Of a DNA stretch of 64,000 bases, positions 25,601 through 46,914 are shown in pieces. The DNA comes from Dimorphilus gyrociliatus (Eukaryota > Animalia > Annelida): NCBI GenBank assembly GCA_904063045.1, contig CAJFCJ010000007.1, positions 2,859,404 to 2,923,403 on the forward strand, in the 5' to 3' direction. How positions within the stretch are numbered: the first letter of the stretch is position 1; each line of letters opens with the position of its first letter. The notes beneath the pieces are model-generated. The model was not told the DNA's origin. It worked only from the letters and a program-made list of their open reading frames with translations, and did not search any database. Made by a program: the position numbers and the translations under genes.

Positions 25601-28282
25601 CCGAAGGGGTTATGTTTAATGAACAATTTGGCAAGCGATTTGTCGTTAAATTTCACGATGTAAAAATAAGACTGCAGGCAACTTTGGTGGATAACCAGAA
25701 AATTAATCCAGAACCTTATTTTCTCTCATTTGCTTTGTACGATGTTAATAAGAAAATGAAAATTTCTGAAGACTTTCACGTGGAATTAAATGACGAGAAT
25801 CAATCTAAATTAATCGAAATTGAAGACTTGTCAAATGAACCACCCATTGTTAGACATGATCGAGTGAACGTTAAAGCCTTTAAAAAGGGGAAAACTGCAA
25901 TATTTAGCCTTTCGGAACCTCGCCCAAACATAGTTCTAATTGGCCGTATTGATAAGATTCTCACTTCAGAGGGGGTTTCGGGTGGATGGGCACCTTACAT
26001 CATTACTCCTTCGGAAAAGGAAGGAAATAAGAGATATGAAATCGTAAAACAATCCGCGGCCAGACTGTCTAAATACAGACAGCCTTTAGCATTCACCTTT
26101 CGTTCACTTTTTATGCCGGGTACCACAAAATTAGACCCTAATGCCTTCTTCTATTCTTACGTTTACAAAAGTGAAACCAAGATATCGGATGAAGATCTGC
26201 TAGACCTATTAAATGAAACCAAGCAACCGTTAGTATTTAAACAGAAGAACACATAATTAATTCCTGTTACTTTTTTCTCTAATTGCTTTTATTTCCCACT
26301 TAATTTAGGCCAGTATCTCCATTCCTTTGCGATTTTACGGTGACCGTTGAAGAATTTGAAAGGATGCCACCGAACACTCTAACAAGATCCCTTCTTCCAA
26401 TTAGAGATAATTACTCGGCGGAACAGTCCCCTAATAGCGAATCTTCTTTGGAAATTCACGAATTTATACCAAATGAAAGCGTCCATACTTCACCCTTTAC
26501 TGTCTACGTAAATCAATTGTTTGTCTATCCTAAAGCCCTCAAGTACGAATCTCAAAAGATGTACAGTAGGGCTAGGAACATCCTGTGCACAATGGAGCTA
26601 ATTGAGTATCAGCCCAAAGAAAAACGTTGGAAAACTTTGAGAGCCATTTACGCAAAACCTTATGAAAAGGAGATACTATCAACAACAGCTAGAACTTCCG
26701 TTATACACCACAATGCAAATCCCGAGTGGTATGACGAATTTAAGATTGAACTACCAACCCAATTAAAACAGGATCACTATATTCTGTTTGCTTTTAAGCA
26801 TGTTAATTGCAAACCTCCACCACCATCAAAAACCAAGAAAGACAAGCAGGATATTGAAAACAACGTAGGATACGCGCTCTTACCTCTATTTACAGATGGT
26901 AAAGTAGCCACAGGTGATATACGATTGCCCGTTATGGCAAATTGGAATCCCCAGCTAAGTCCAAGTAGTCTTCACAAGAGTTCAAACGATATTCGCTACG
27001 TTGACAATCAAGGCAAAGAGTTATTTAAAGTGAAAGTCGTATTAGCAAGTACGGTTTATGCCGATTGCGATCATATTACGAAATTCTTTGAAAGTTGCGA
27101 AAAATATAAGAATACCAGTCAAGATGAGAAAGATATTATCAACAAAATAAAAGTTTGTACTAATCTTTCTTAGCTAATCATTTGCATCGATTTGATTTTA
27201 AATTTTTTTTAAGTCTATTATTGTTCCATTTAATTATATTATTTTATTGCTTTGTCTGCAAATTTTATAGTCGCCTAATATACATTTAGGTAGAGGAAGA
27301 AAAGCATAATATTCCTACTAGAGGTTCACGTCTAATTCCATCTGCTCATAAATTACATCGGCCAAAACAAGTTGCACCGAAATGCGATGATAGAATAGTT
27401 GTAGACTCCATTAAGGTTTACAAACTCAATAGAAATAACTTTTCAACACAGTTTCCATAGCATTAGGAGAAGCTTAACCAATAATAGAAGCATATTAAAC
27501 TAACTTCATGTTTTTTCTAATCATTCATTTTTGCTTAAAATAGTATTTATAATCATTTATTTACATGATTCATCTTCTATCTTCCTTTATTTTAGTTTTT
27601 CTTTTTTCTCTCTCGATTTAATTATGTTATATTTGGATATTTATTGTTGTTTATTATTTTACAGGCTTTACCAGGCGCCAAATATCCTGATATCATTAAT
27701 TTCTTTACAATTATTTGTAATCAACTCTTCTCTTTATTGCGATCGAATCCTTCGCAAAGTATAGCCAGTAATATTGTCAAGTAAGATGGATTTTAATCGA
27801 ATTATCATTTGAAATATAATCATTTTAATATAAATCAATGCTTTACTAATTGGTTTTTCGTTTTGCTTTTTCTCTTTTTAAAAAAAAACAAGGACCTTGA
27901 CCTTGATCGTTGTGAGATTTCATAAAGATGAAAAATCAAATATTCTCCATTCATACGTTCAGGTTTGTACAATAAACAAAATTATATTTTGCCAGCTTTT
28001 AGCATCTAGTTTTAATTTCATAAATGCAATACATTAAGAGCACTAATATAACCCTATAAAATGTAACTTGTAGTATCCATTTAAAGTGGAATATCAGGTA
28101 AGAAAGTTACATCGGAAGTCGTTTAGGTACTCTCATAGCATGTACCTTTTATTTTTTTTATCATTTCTTTTTCATTCAAAATAATGCTAAATGAAAAACT
28201 GTTAAGAAGTCTTTTTTCCAGTTTATCGGTAGAATTTGCATGAGTAAACGGATTTTATTCAACTATTTGTTATAAATAAATA

Positions 28283-28322
<40 letters not shown>

Positions 28323-29915
28323 TATTTATCATCATTATTATTATATTTGTGTTTTTTTCTTAAATAATTCTCCAAAGAATAAAGATAAGATACTAGTATT
28401 AGAATATTGTTGAATGGAATTGTTTTAAATAATCGTTAACGTTAAATGTTATATATTAAATATTTCGTTTTATTATTAAAAACAGTACGATTTTCAAGTT
28501 CAAGCGGAAAATAAGCAAAATACGATTCATGAACCATTGGCAAAATTTTTGAGTGAACTTTTAGAAAATGAGGATGTTGCTCTTAGCTTCCATTTGGATG
28601 CATTCATGTCGCATTGCAATTTCTTCTTTGATATTCTTATTAAGAGTATGGCTCACTTCCTTATATATTCTAATAGAATCAAAGTAAATTATTTTCACTG
28701 TTTTTATTGATATGCCGTATAAACTCCTTATTCAATCATCCTTACATAGATGTCTCGAACTGAAAGATTTCAATTAAAGGGTCCTTATAATTTTGACGAA
28801 TGTATTCAAAATCTTTTACTACACTTAACGGAACACATAATTAAATGTGTACAAAGGAACGACCCGATCAAGAGAAATTCAGCTTTTTCAGCAAACTCTC
28901 ACATGGCACATTTCGTAAAAAGATGCTTCTCTCTAATCGATAGAGGACTCGTTTTTCAATTGGTTAAAAGATATATCGATACGTAAGTGTTATAATAGTA
29001 ATAGTAATAATAATGATGATACTATTTATTGCTAACCTTCTTTTTTTTTTAAACTATAGATTACATAGCAAAAGTCTAAGTGCTCACGAAGCTAAAATAA
29101 TTAATGAGTTTAAACTAAATTTTTTGGAAATAATATGCTCTCACGAGCACTTTGTTGCATTGAATTTACCCATGATGCAGAGATTTGTTAGAGATCACGC
29201 TGGTAAGTAATAATTCTTCTATTTTAATATATAATCTTGTTTTTTTTATTATTATTATTTTAGTTTCCTTTTATTTTCTCTTTAAATTATTTTATATTTT
29301 TATATTTTATTTTTGTCTTTGTCCTAAATTAGGCAAAGATATGGTGACTTTTGGTAAAGTTTATTTTATAATTTCTTTCTATCTTCCACGTTTTTTTTCT
29401 TCCTATTTCACCAACACAAACGCCATCTTTGTTTACTTACTCTTTCTCTTCAATAAAAAAATAAAAGTCTACCAATTTTTTATTAACATAATAAGAAAAT
29501 AATTAAAAAATAATAGTAGTATTTTTTTTTTTAAAAAAAGAAAACTGGTAGCAAAAAAAAGAAGAAAGGAACATTCCGACTCTTTTTTTTTAATTCTTTA
29601 AAAGTACTAAAAATCGTTTTAATTAAAATAATAATTTGTTTGTTTATTTGTTTTGTTTTGTTTGTTTTTTTTTTCTTTTCATTCGCTTTTTTCTAGGCAT
29701 CAGGAGAACATCATATGATCATTACACATTGGATAATGTTCAATGTAGGCTTAAATTTTGCACGAAGGTTTTCTTACTATGCATGCAAGAGCTGAACTAT
29801 TTTAACCAATTTTATTAAAATTATTCGTAATCCTAAAGAGAACATAAAGAATTTGAAATATTAATAACCACTCGCTAAAAGCTTATACATTATTTATTTA
29901 TTTATTTTTACTTTA

Positions 29916-29952
<37 letters not shown>

Positions 29953-32900
29953 TTCTCTTCCTCCTCTTTCCTTCTATCTCTCACTCTCTCTATCTCTATA
30001 AATGTAAAATAATAATCTCTTGTATTAAATTGAAAAAAGAATGACAAGTCTTCAAGTAATAATAGTAACCTTTTTTTTATTCTGTTTATTTTGTTTTTTG
30101 GTTAAAGCGCTTCATCTAATAAGAGTTTTAGTTACCATATAAAAATATATATAACTTAGCTTTATATAATGAATAATGGAAGTTTTATTACTTTTTACAG
30201 ATGTTACGGCAGAGGGTATGTATTCGACTCGAATTCGAAAATATCAGGTGAGAAGAGCCATTATAATAATTGGTTTTTTTTTTCCCCATAATTATTCAGA
30301 TTTACATAATGATTACTCTTTATCCGAGTCGTTCTGCAAAAATCATTTTCTAGTCGGTCTTTTACTGCAAGAAGTCAGATCTTCCTTTAATGCTCCTAGG
30401 GAAATACGTCAGAAAGCAATAAGAATTTTAAGAAATCTTGTTGCTAAACACGAATTTGATGATCGATATTTAAAAATTGGTCGAAAGGAGCGTATTACTT
30501 CTTTATATTTACCCCTTATTTCAATGATATTGGAATGTAGGAATCGCTTAGCTGCATCTACCTTTCCAGATGAAATTGGTCCGCTTTCTGTTCAGAATGT
30601 TGGCAAATTAATGAAACATTCCTCCAGGGCTAGTTTGGATACCAGTTCCACTTATATCTCCAAATCGCCCAATCCTAAACTAGATCAGGGAGTTTTATCA
30701 ATCATATCCAAAGTTCAAACCCCTTCCTCTCAGCTCAATGGATCCCAAACAAGCTTAACAAGTAATGATAATGATACAGTGTGCGGAAGTGATTCAAATA
30801 CTATTGTTTCTGTCTCTAGCGGAGCAAAATTTGAGTCTATGGAAACTAAGGACTTATTATTATCTTTTCTATTTGTTGTACGATACGCTGAACAGCAAGT
30901 CCTACTTGGATGGATTCGCGCATCGTCCGAAAGAGATAGATTGGAGTTTCTATATATTCTGGAGCTATGTTTGTGCCATTTCCGTTATAAAGGTCAACAA
31001 CGTTTTAATTCACTTTACCAAATATCGGATTCCTCCTCTGTCTTTAACTCGAAATACAATAGTACCGATAGTTCTTCCTCAGTATATCAGGCTATTTCTC
31101 AAGCTCAACGAGATGCTAGTTTGTTCACAGAAGTTTGTAGCATTGTCTTGGATGTTGTTTGTCTAATATTATCCAAGGCGGCGAATGATATAAATACCTT
31201 GAACTTGATTAATGCAGCCATAGGATTAAAAGTTTATCTCCTTCGTTACGGGTCAGAAAGATTACGGAAACATGTTTTCGCTTCATTAAGAAGTTTTACC
31301 AGTAAATTTTCATCATTCCTCTATTTGGGAGATGCTAATTTGTGCGGTAAACTCTGCTATGAGGTACTCAGATGTTGTACAAGTCCTTTAGAATCGACAA
31401 GAAAGGAGGCTTCAGCTTTAATGTACTTATTAATGAGAAATAACTTCTATTCAACGAATCGTGGCAACATGAAAAGGGTTTTTTTAAAAACCATCACAGC
31501 CGAAGCTAGTCTAATATCTCAAATGCCTAACGAAATGTTAGATACAGGATTTAAGAAATGCCTACAAATTATAGACAGTTACGCTAAATCGGATTCAGCC
31601 GTTAAGAATTCATCCTTTCCCAGTGAGGTAAAAAAGTTAACGACTACTTTGGCAACTGTACTCGAAAATACAACGTGCTTAAAGGAACATAAAAAAGACC
31701 CTGAAAAATACGCTGATTTAATGGTAATTTATATAATTTATTCATTTAGAAGTTAAATATTCAACTTTTTCATTTCAGTATGAAATTGCGATGCATTATG
31801 AATCTACACCAGAATTACGTTATACATGGATTGAAAATATGGCCAAGTTTCATGCGAAGGTTTTGAATCATTCCGAGGCTGCTCAATGCCATTTACATAA
31901 TGCCGCTTTAGTTGCCGAATTCTTAAATCGACGTGGTAAGAAACCTAAAAAGAATATTGTATATTTTACATATTTAAGGCATTTTATTGTTAATTAAATA
32001 ATTAAAAATATGTATAAATAAAGTAAGGTAGAAAATGTTTATTACCTCTTTTTCTGACTTTCCCTCCTTTTTCACGGTATTAACAGGATTAAATAAGCGT
32101 AAGTTTGAAAGTTTTGTGCATGATTTATTGTGTATCCTTAACAGATTTCATTCAATACGTTTTTATTATTATTACTATTATTATTATTATTATTTACTTT
32201 TGATTTATAATATTTTCAGTTATTCTTTTTATTCTTTCTTTTATTAATAGTGGAGTTTAAAGACAACAAGTCTAAACAATGGAAACAAACTGTAAAGCGA
32301 ACTTTTGAGCTTTACAGTTTGTAATTGTTTTAAATTAATTAATTAAACGCTTGTGCACTATCGCAGGAATATGTTAAGTGACAGATGAGATTATCGTATA
32401 AGATAAAGCGGGAAGGAAAAAAATTCTATTGAAAAGAGTTCCCCAGCAGACATCTGCTTTTGTTAATCATTGTATTATTTTAATTCTGTCCTATTTTTGT
32501 CTTGATATTTTCTATACAATTTCATGATTATATGAGATTAACTAATTATAACTATTCTCTTTTTAGGAGGATATCCAAAAACGGTTATTGATTTTGAATT
32601 TCTTTCGAAAAATGTTCGTATGGAGGCCCTCAAGGCGACAGACGACTGCGGATCAAACGAAGAAATTCCATATTCAGAACAGAATCTAACTCAATTATTA
32701 GAAGAAGCTGCCAATGAGTATGAGAGAGCTGGTTTATACGAGTCTGTTATTGATATCTATAAGCTTATCCTGCCCATTTATCACGAGAGGTTGGATTATA
32801 GAAGTTTAATGGCGGCACATACACGTTTAGCAAATGTTTGCCAAAGCATAATCGAGTACGGTGAAAAAATTAAGATTCGGCCATTAATAGCCAGCTACTT

Positions 32901-33807
32901 TAAGGTTTCTTTCTACGGTAAAATTTCTGGAAGTACCCCAGAGAGGAGTAGTTTTGTTTACAAAGAAAATGGGGGCACTCGTCTACCGGCTTTTATCGAT
33001 AGGCTAAAGGAATTGTATGGTGATAATGCGAAAGATGATTTTGTTATCTTGTCAGAAGGTGGAAAAATAGATGAGTCGAAATTGGACAAGAATAAGTCCT
33101 ATGTTCAAGTCACAAGTGTTTTACCCTACTTTGATGATTCGGAAGAAAGAACAGAGTTTCAGAAAAACAATAATATAAACAAGTTTATGTATGAGACACC
33201 GTTTACAAGGTCCAGCGATGGTTCAACCGGTATAAGATATCAGTACAAAAGGCGAACTATAGTTACTACCTCTCACCATTTTCCATTTGTTAGAAAAAGA
33301 ATCGATATTATTCGAACCCAAGCTGATGAGTTTGGTCCAATAGATATAGCCATTGATGAAATTGAGGGTAAAGTTAGACAGCTTGAGCAACAAATAGAAG
33401 GAACTCCTGTTAACCTAAAACTACTTGACTTGGCTCTTTCTGGAGCACTCCAAACAACAGTTAATGCCGGACCATTGGCATATGCTGAAGCGTTTTTTGG
33501 AACACATGAGAAAGAAATAACACTGTCACCATCAAAGTTAGATCGGCTCCGCGAATTGTTTATTAAATTCTATAAGGTTTGTGGAAAAGCTTTGGAGACA
33601 AATAAGCGATTAATTGACTCTGAAAATCATCTTCGCCAAGAACAATTAGTTCTAGGTCACAAAGAAATGGCTGCCAAGTTGAGTCAGTATTTCCTAGATG
33701 ACTCTTGGATCACTGACGATGACAATCTCAATCCCAGATCATCTTCAAGACGTACATCGAACGTTCTAAGTTTCCAACTTAATGAATCTGGTTCTAGTAT
33801 TGCGTAA
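22671..33807 (+). CDS. DOCK-D subfamily (DOCK9/10/11, zizimin) Cdc42/Rac guanine-nucleotide exchange factor
   Basis: First exon 22671-22781 (RSFANHLASRSAAKVRECVSVAVRES, resembling the DOCK9/11 N-terminus). Core exons 24700-26228 (PH domain), 26309-27152 (C2/DHR-1, HHNANPEWYDEFKIELP), 27665-27780, 27893-27962, 28486-28683, 28750-28982, 29060-29202, 30300-31723, 31779-31935 and 32567-33807 (DHR-2, VNAGPLAY). Confidence 0.95.
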
Positions 33808-33939
33808 CAACTTGATTTCAAACCATTAATACAAATTGTTAAACGATCAGTGTCGTTCTTGATTTTTTATTCTAGAATCATACATATTGCTATGCAAAAT
33901 TGCTAGCTTGATATATTTTCTTCAAATACACAATAATTG

Positions 33940-35183
33940 TTATTTTGTATTCCATTGGTTAACATCATCTAGCCATTCACTTATTCTAAAACTGGTATTG
34001 CTGTAATTAAAATTACTTTCACAACTCTCCAATCTATTTCTCCTACTTAACGACAACTGTAGTTTACGTATAAAAGTATAAGCTTTTAATTTCCCTGATA
34101 CTTGAAAATGACCATGTAGGTAGGCAACTTCATGGGGTTGTAGTCCATGCACGTTCAATATTGAAGGATCTGCTCCATTTTCTAGTAACCAGTCCACGAT
34201 ATACATATACCCTCCAGCAGCTGCCCTATGCAGGGGCGTATAACCTTCACAATTCGGGCTATCGATAAGACAACCAGCTTGCTTTAGATCTTCTAGTATT
34301 GCAATGTGCCTCGTATCGTATTCTTTTTCACACAACGAATGAACAAGCAAATATAACGCATTATCTCCGAAAGAAGTCATTGACCATATATCTGCTCCTG
34401 TTGAAAAAATATATGCTCCAAAAATAAATATCTAATGAAATTGTCAATTTTTAACCTTTAGACAAGGTATACTTTATTAATTGATGATTGCCCCCAATAC
34501 ATGCAGCCAGAAAAAGAGTAAGATTATCTTCATTCTCAAATCCCTCATTTAGGTCTATATTTTCTTTTGTCAATGTATCATCTAAATCCTTTATATTACA
34601 AGATGACGTAGTCTGAAAAAGGCGGAAAGAGGATATTCAAGACAAAATGCTAATAATATTACAAAATCTAACTTTAAAGTAGCGCAACAATTTAAGCTTT
34701 AATTCCGTATTTTCATAGCGTCTGAAAAACTTTCTCTTGTGTATGATCTTCACGAGGACGATAAATACTATAGATTGATGAAAATTATTTTTCTTATTCA
34801 CTTCGAGAATAGAAACGAGGCACTTACGAAAAACGAAAAGGAATATGAAAATTTGCTGAGAGTATACCCTGTAATAACCATTTTGATTTTCATGAGGAAT
34901 AAGGCATGTTTTATTCACTGTATTGCCAGAGCCCTTTAAGTTAATTTTGTCCCAAAAGAATAGTGCTAAAATATATATACTTATATAAAAGACTATAACT
35001 TGTTTCTAACTATTTTCAAGGAAGTAAGAACAAACCTGCTAATAAAGGTCCGAACGTGTACTTTACGATAGTTTTTAGATGGTAACAATAAGATGATTTA
35101 CGTTTATTCAACATAACCTCCGAAGACTTAGTTACTACTGACCTACTAGAAGCTTCATATTGATCTTGAATTTCCTTAAACAT
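33940..35183 (-). CDS. Small ankyrin-repeat protein with a short N-terminal hydrophobic segment
   Basis: Exons about 35036-35183 (MFKEIQ..TFGPLLA), about 34861-34966, about 34464-34612 (TLFLAACIGGN) and 33940-34398 (GADIWSMTSFGDNALYL..GYTPLHRAAAGG..LLENGADP). Phases are consistent. Confidence 0.8.
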
Positions 35184-35627
35184 AATACTTTAAAGTATAT
35201 AATCTAACCAAAATATCATAATTTTAACAGTAGAACATTCGAAACAAAACATGGTTGTAACATTACGAAATGCCTTCGTAACCGCTCATATGCTCAGAAT
35301 ATTTTATTAAAAAAAATTACTTTTGAAATAGAAATTTTTTAAAAACCTTTATTTATAATTTTTTTATAAATTGATTATTCTACGAACCAGTATATATTCT
35401 AATAAAACTTTTGAAACTTCATTATCGCTCAAAGCACATGAAATATTCAAAATTTATTTTTTTCTTAAAATACAAAATCTAACGACTGATATAATTAACA
35501 TTTATTTACGTACTGTCAGAAATATACAATCGATACATCAATGATATAAAAAATAATAATTGCACTAAAATTTATAACTGATTTTGAAAGACACTTGCAG
35601 TTGCAAAAAAAGCACTTGTCAATCTGA

Positions 35628-43860
<8,233 letters not shown>

Positions 43861-45019
43861 TTAATATGTTTTCCTGAGGTTAAATTTAAAAAAATCAATG
43901 ATCTCTGATAGAATCCGTCAAAAGAAAGTTGTCCAGGTGTGATAACGTTAATTTTCTAGCGATCCTTACGAGATACAAAATTACCTGAACGTAATTTTGT
44001 GTTCAATAACCTTCTAAAATCACTTAAACACAAATAATATCTGATTAGATATCCAGTACAGTCACAATATAAGAATTCCACATAGTATATAACACCTCTG
44101 TTTATCAACGCTTGCCTATTAATTGTACGAAACTATCATAAAATGTTTTTTTGGAAATTTTAGACGGGTTCCGGTTACATTTCTGTAAAAAGAGGGCGCT
44201 TGGAACAGAGCATGTTTTTCAAATTTTCAAACTGTTTTTTCCCCAAACAACTAAGTAATTATCATAGCAAACCCTACAATATAATTAACCTAATTAAGCT
44301 TAATATATTTGCAGTTAAATAGATAAGTTCGAAGCTATTTAGCGAACTAAATGTTATATTTACCCAATATTAACATTATTATAGTATATATATATATATA
44401 AACTAAAAAGAATCCTTTACTTATTTATACAAGTGAGCTGGCACGTAAAAACACTTAATCGTAATTTAAGCGTAATATTATACAGTTGTGTAAAGTTCAA
44501 ACATTTATTTTAAATAAGTCACTTTACTGCTTGCCCAAAATTAATCCTATTTTACGCGCTTTACGTCAATCAATCTTGAATAAGGTAATTCACATCATGT
44601 TTTTTTAACTAATGAAATAGTTTACTTTCATATTAAGTGATAAAAGATTGAATAAAAGGATATTGATTCTAGAAAACGACAAGTATTAAATCCAGTCTAA
44701 TATTGATAAAATCAGTTTTTTTTATAAAAATGAAATATGGCGTTAGTTTTGGTTCATAATTTTTTACATAATAATTTATGGTCTAGAAAATTACTTTTTG
44801 TCTTTTTAAGTTCTGTTTAAAGAATTTACTGGAGTGTATTTTTTAGCGTCTTTAAAGCCTTTGTATCTTTGTCTATTGACGGTAAAATTATGAACGAAGA
44901 TTAATTAAGGACTACTTCACCTGTTAATACATTTGATACGAAATACAATAATTTTTTTTTTGAATAAGTCGATGGCAGTGCCCTCTATCAACATTTTTTG
45001 TAAAATTTGCCTGCTTTTT

Positions 45020-45046
45020 CCGCTTCCGGTCAAAGTGACAAGGTCA
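45020..45046. promoter_or_regulatory. ETS/GABP-type site (GACCGGAAGCGG on -) plus nuclear-receptor half-site (ACAAGGTCA) in the NDUFA10 promoter
   Basis: CCGCTTCCGGTC at 45020-45031 and ACAAGGTCA at 45038-45046, about 75-100 nt upstream of the ATG at 45122. Motif match only. Confidence 0.4.
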
Positions 45047-45121
45047 TCTTTATTTTCTAATAAAGTTAATTTTTCTTGATATTTGTAAACGATAGCGTCT
45101 AGGCACTCTCAATAATTCAAG

Positions 45122-46914
45122 ATGACAATAATTGCTAAGTGTGCTTTACGAAAAACTGGTCAATTCTTATGCACTAACTTGGGAGTTAACTCAAACCTTA
45201 GTCTTGTGTTTGTTCCATCGGCATCGGCCTCTTATATGAGAGCAACATACGGTTAGAACATTAAATTTAAAATACAAATTATTGAAACATTTATTTTTTA
45301 TTGATAGGCGAGCCGTTTGGGTACCAAAAACCCTTTCCTTATGAGAAGAAGAAGTTCACTATGATGTCTGAAATTTTTGACAAAACAATCCATAGATTTA
45401 ATGAGAATACAAAAGCAATATTGGTCGAAGGTGGACCAGGTGTAGGAAAAACCGACTTTGCACACAAATTTGCTAAACAATTTGATTTAAAAGTGTTTGA
45501 TAGTGTACATGATGATTCGTTGTGGATTGATCGTCAATCTGGGTATTTTTTTACTAGTCTGAAAAAATTCAAAATGTATACGTTTAAATATCTTACTACA
45601 GATATGACTTGAGAATTCTCAATGAATTCCTGCCACCAAAGCTAGCTTTCTATACCACAAAAATGTTTTATGAGAATCCCCATCCGAAAGATCAATTAGG
45701 CTGTAAACTACAATTTCAAATGTATGAGGAAAAATTTCGTCAGTATTGCGCTGCTCTTCAACACTTACTTAATACTGGACAAGGAGTTGTCATAGTTAGA
45801 TCGGTTTGGAGTGACATTGTATATGCTGAAGCTATGAAAGCCAGTGGTTTTATGTCTGAAGGGGGTAAAAAGATTTTACTTTCATTAAAGCTATCCAAAT
45901 TTCAAATTCTTCTGTAATTTCAGCAATGAAATATTACAATGAAGTGCGATTGAATTCCATTTGCGAATTGATCAAGCCCCACTTGACTATATATTTGGAT
46001 ACTCCTATTCAAACATGGAAGGATAGAAGTTTTAAAAAATCTAGAGTGAGTTTCAGATATGAAAATGTTCCTCCTTTTTTTTTGATCTAGTTTATTTATT
46101 TACATTTCTATTTAATGTATTGAATTATTCATTGATATTCTAATCTTTTATCCAATAGTACGGAGAAAAGAATAGCCCTGCATTCAACGACACCTATCTT
46201 TCTAAATTAGATTCAATATTTAAGACGAAATTTTTACCGGAAATGAAGTAAGTTAACACTTGGAACATTTTAGTTGAGCATAAAAATACTTTTTTCATTA
46301 TTAAGAAAACATGGCGAGGTTTTACAAATTGATTGGTCCGAGGAAGCCGACGATTTGGAAATGGATACTGTTAGTTTTATTCTATAGGAATTTAAACATT
46401 TTTTAATGGAAACTTTATGATTTGGTGTTTCTTTTTAATTATCCCATTCTAGATTGTGCAAGAAGTAAAGACCATCAACTTGGCTAGCGATAGTTTGGAC
46501 GAACAAAAGTTTTTAGAATGGTTCCGTAATGATGAAGACGATTGGAGTTCCCTTCGCAAAAGGTTGATAAGCTTTTAAAGAGTTTATTTAATTTCTCTTA
46601 TTGATCGTATTTACTAAAAATTGTTTTCTTTATTTTTAGCTATGGATCGAAAGATCAAATAGATCGAGTGCTAGTTTCTCATTCTCCGGATCTTGATTGC
46701 CCAGAGCTTGTACCAACTGATGAAGAAGTGGAATTAATACAGGAAATAAACGAGGTAGGTCACTTTTAAAATAGAATTCACCCGAATTAAATAGGATATC
46801 TAACAAACAAAATTTTATCATTAATCTTATTTCTATTTTTAGCATCCTATATTAAACGACAAGCCTGGGTGGTCTCAAACGCTAGGCTATAAACCAACTT
46901 GGAGGTTGTTCTAA
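45122..46914 (+). CDS. NDUFA10: NADH:ubiquinone oxidoreductase 42-kDa subunit (deoxynucleoside-kinase fold)
   Basis: Basic/hydroxylated mitochondrial-type presequence MTIIAKCALRK.., P-loop ILVEGGPGVGKT, LQFQMYEEKFRQYCAALQHLLNTGQGVVIVRSVWSDIVYAEAM, IKPHLTIYLD. About 8 short introns; stop at 46912-46914. Confidence 0.93.

Noticed and set aside
32132-32144. GTATCCTTAACAG resembles both a U12 5' splice site and a U12 branch point
   Set aside because: No U12-type branch point precedes the downstream acceptors, the distance to AG is too short for a branch point, and direct splicing to 32567 would create a TGA stop.
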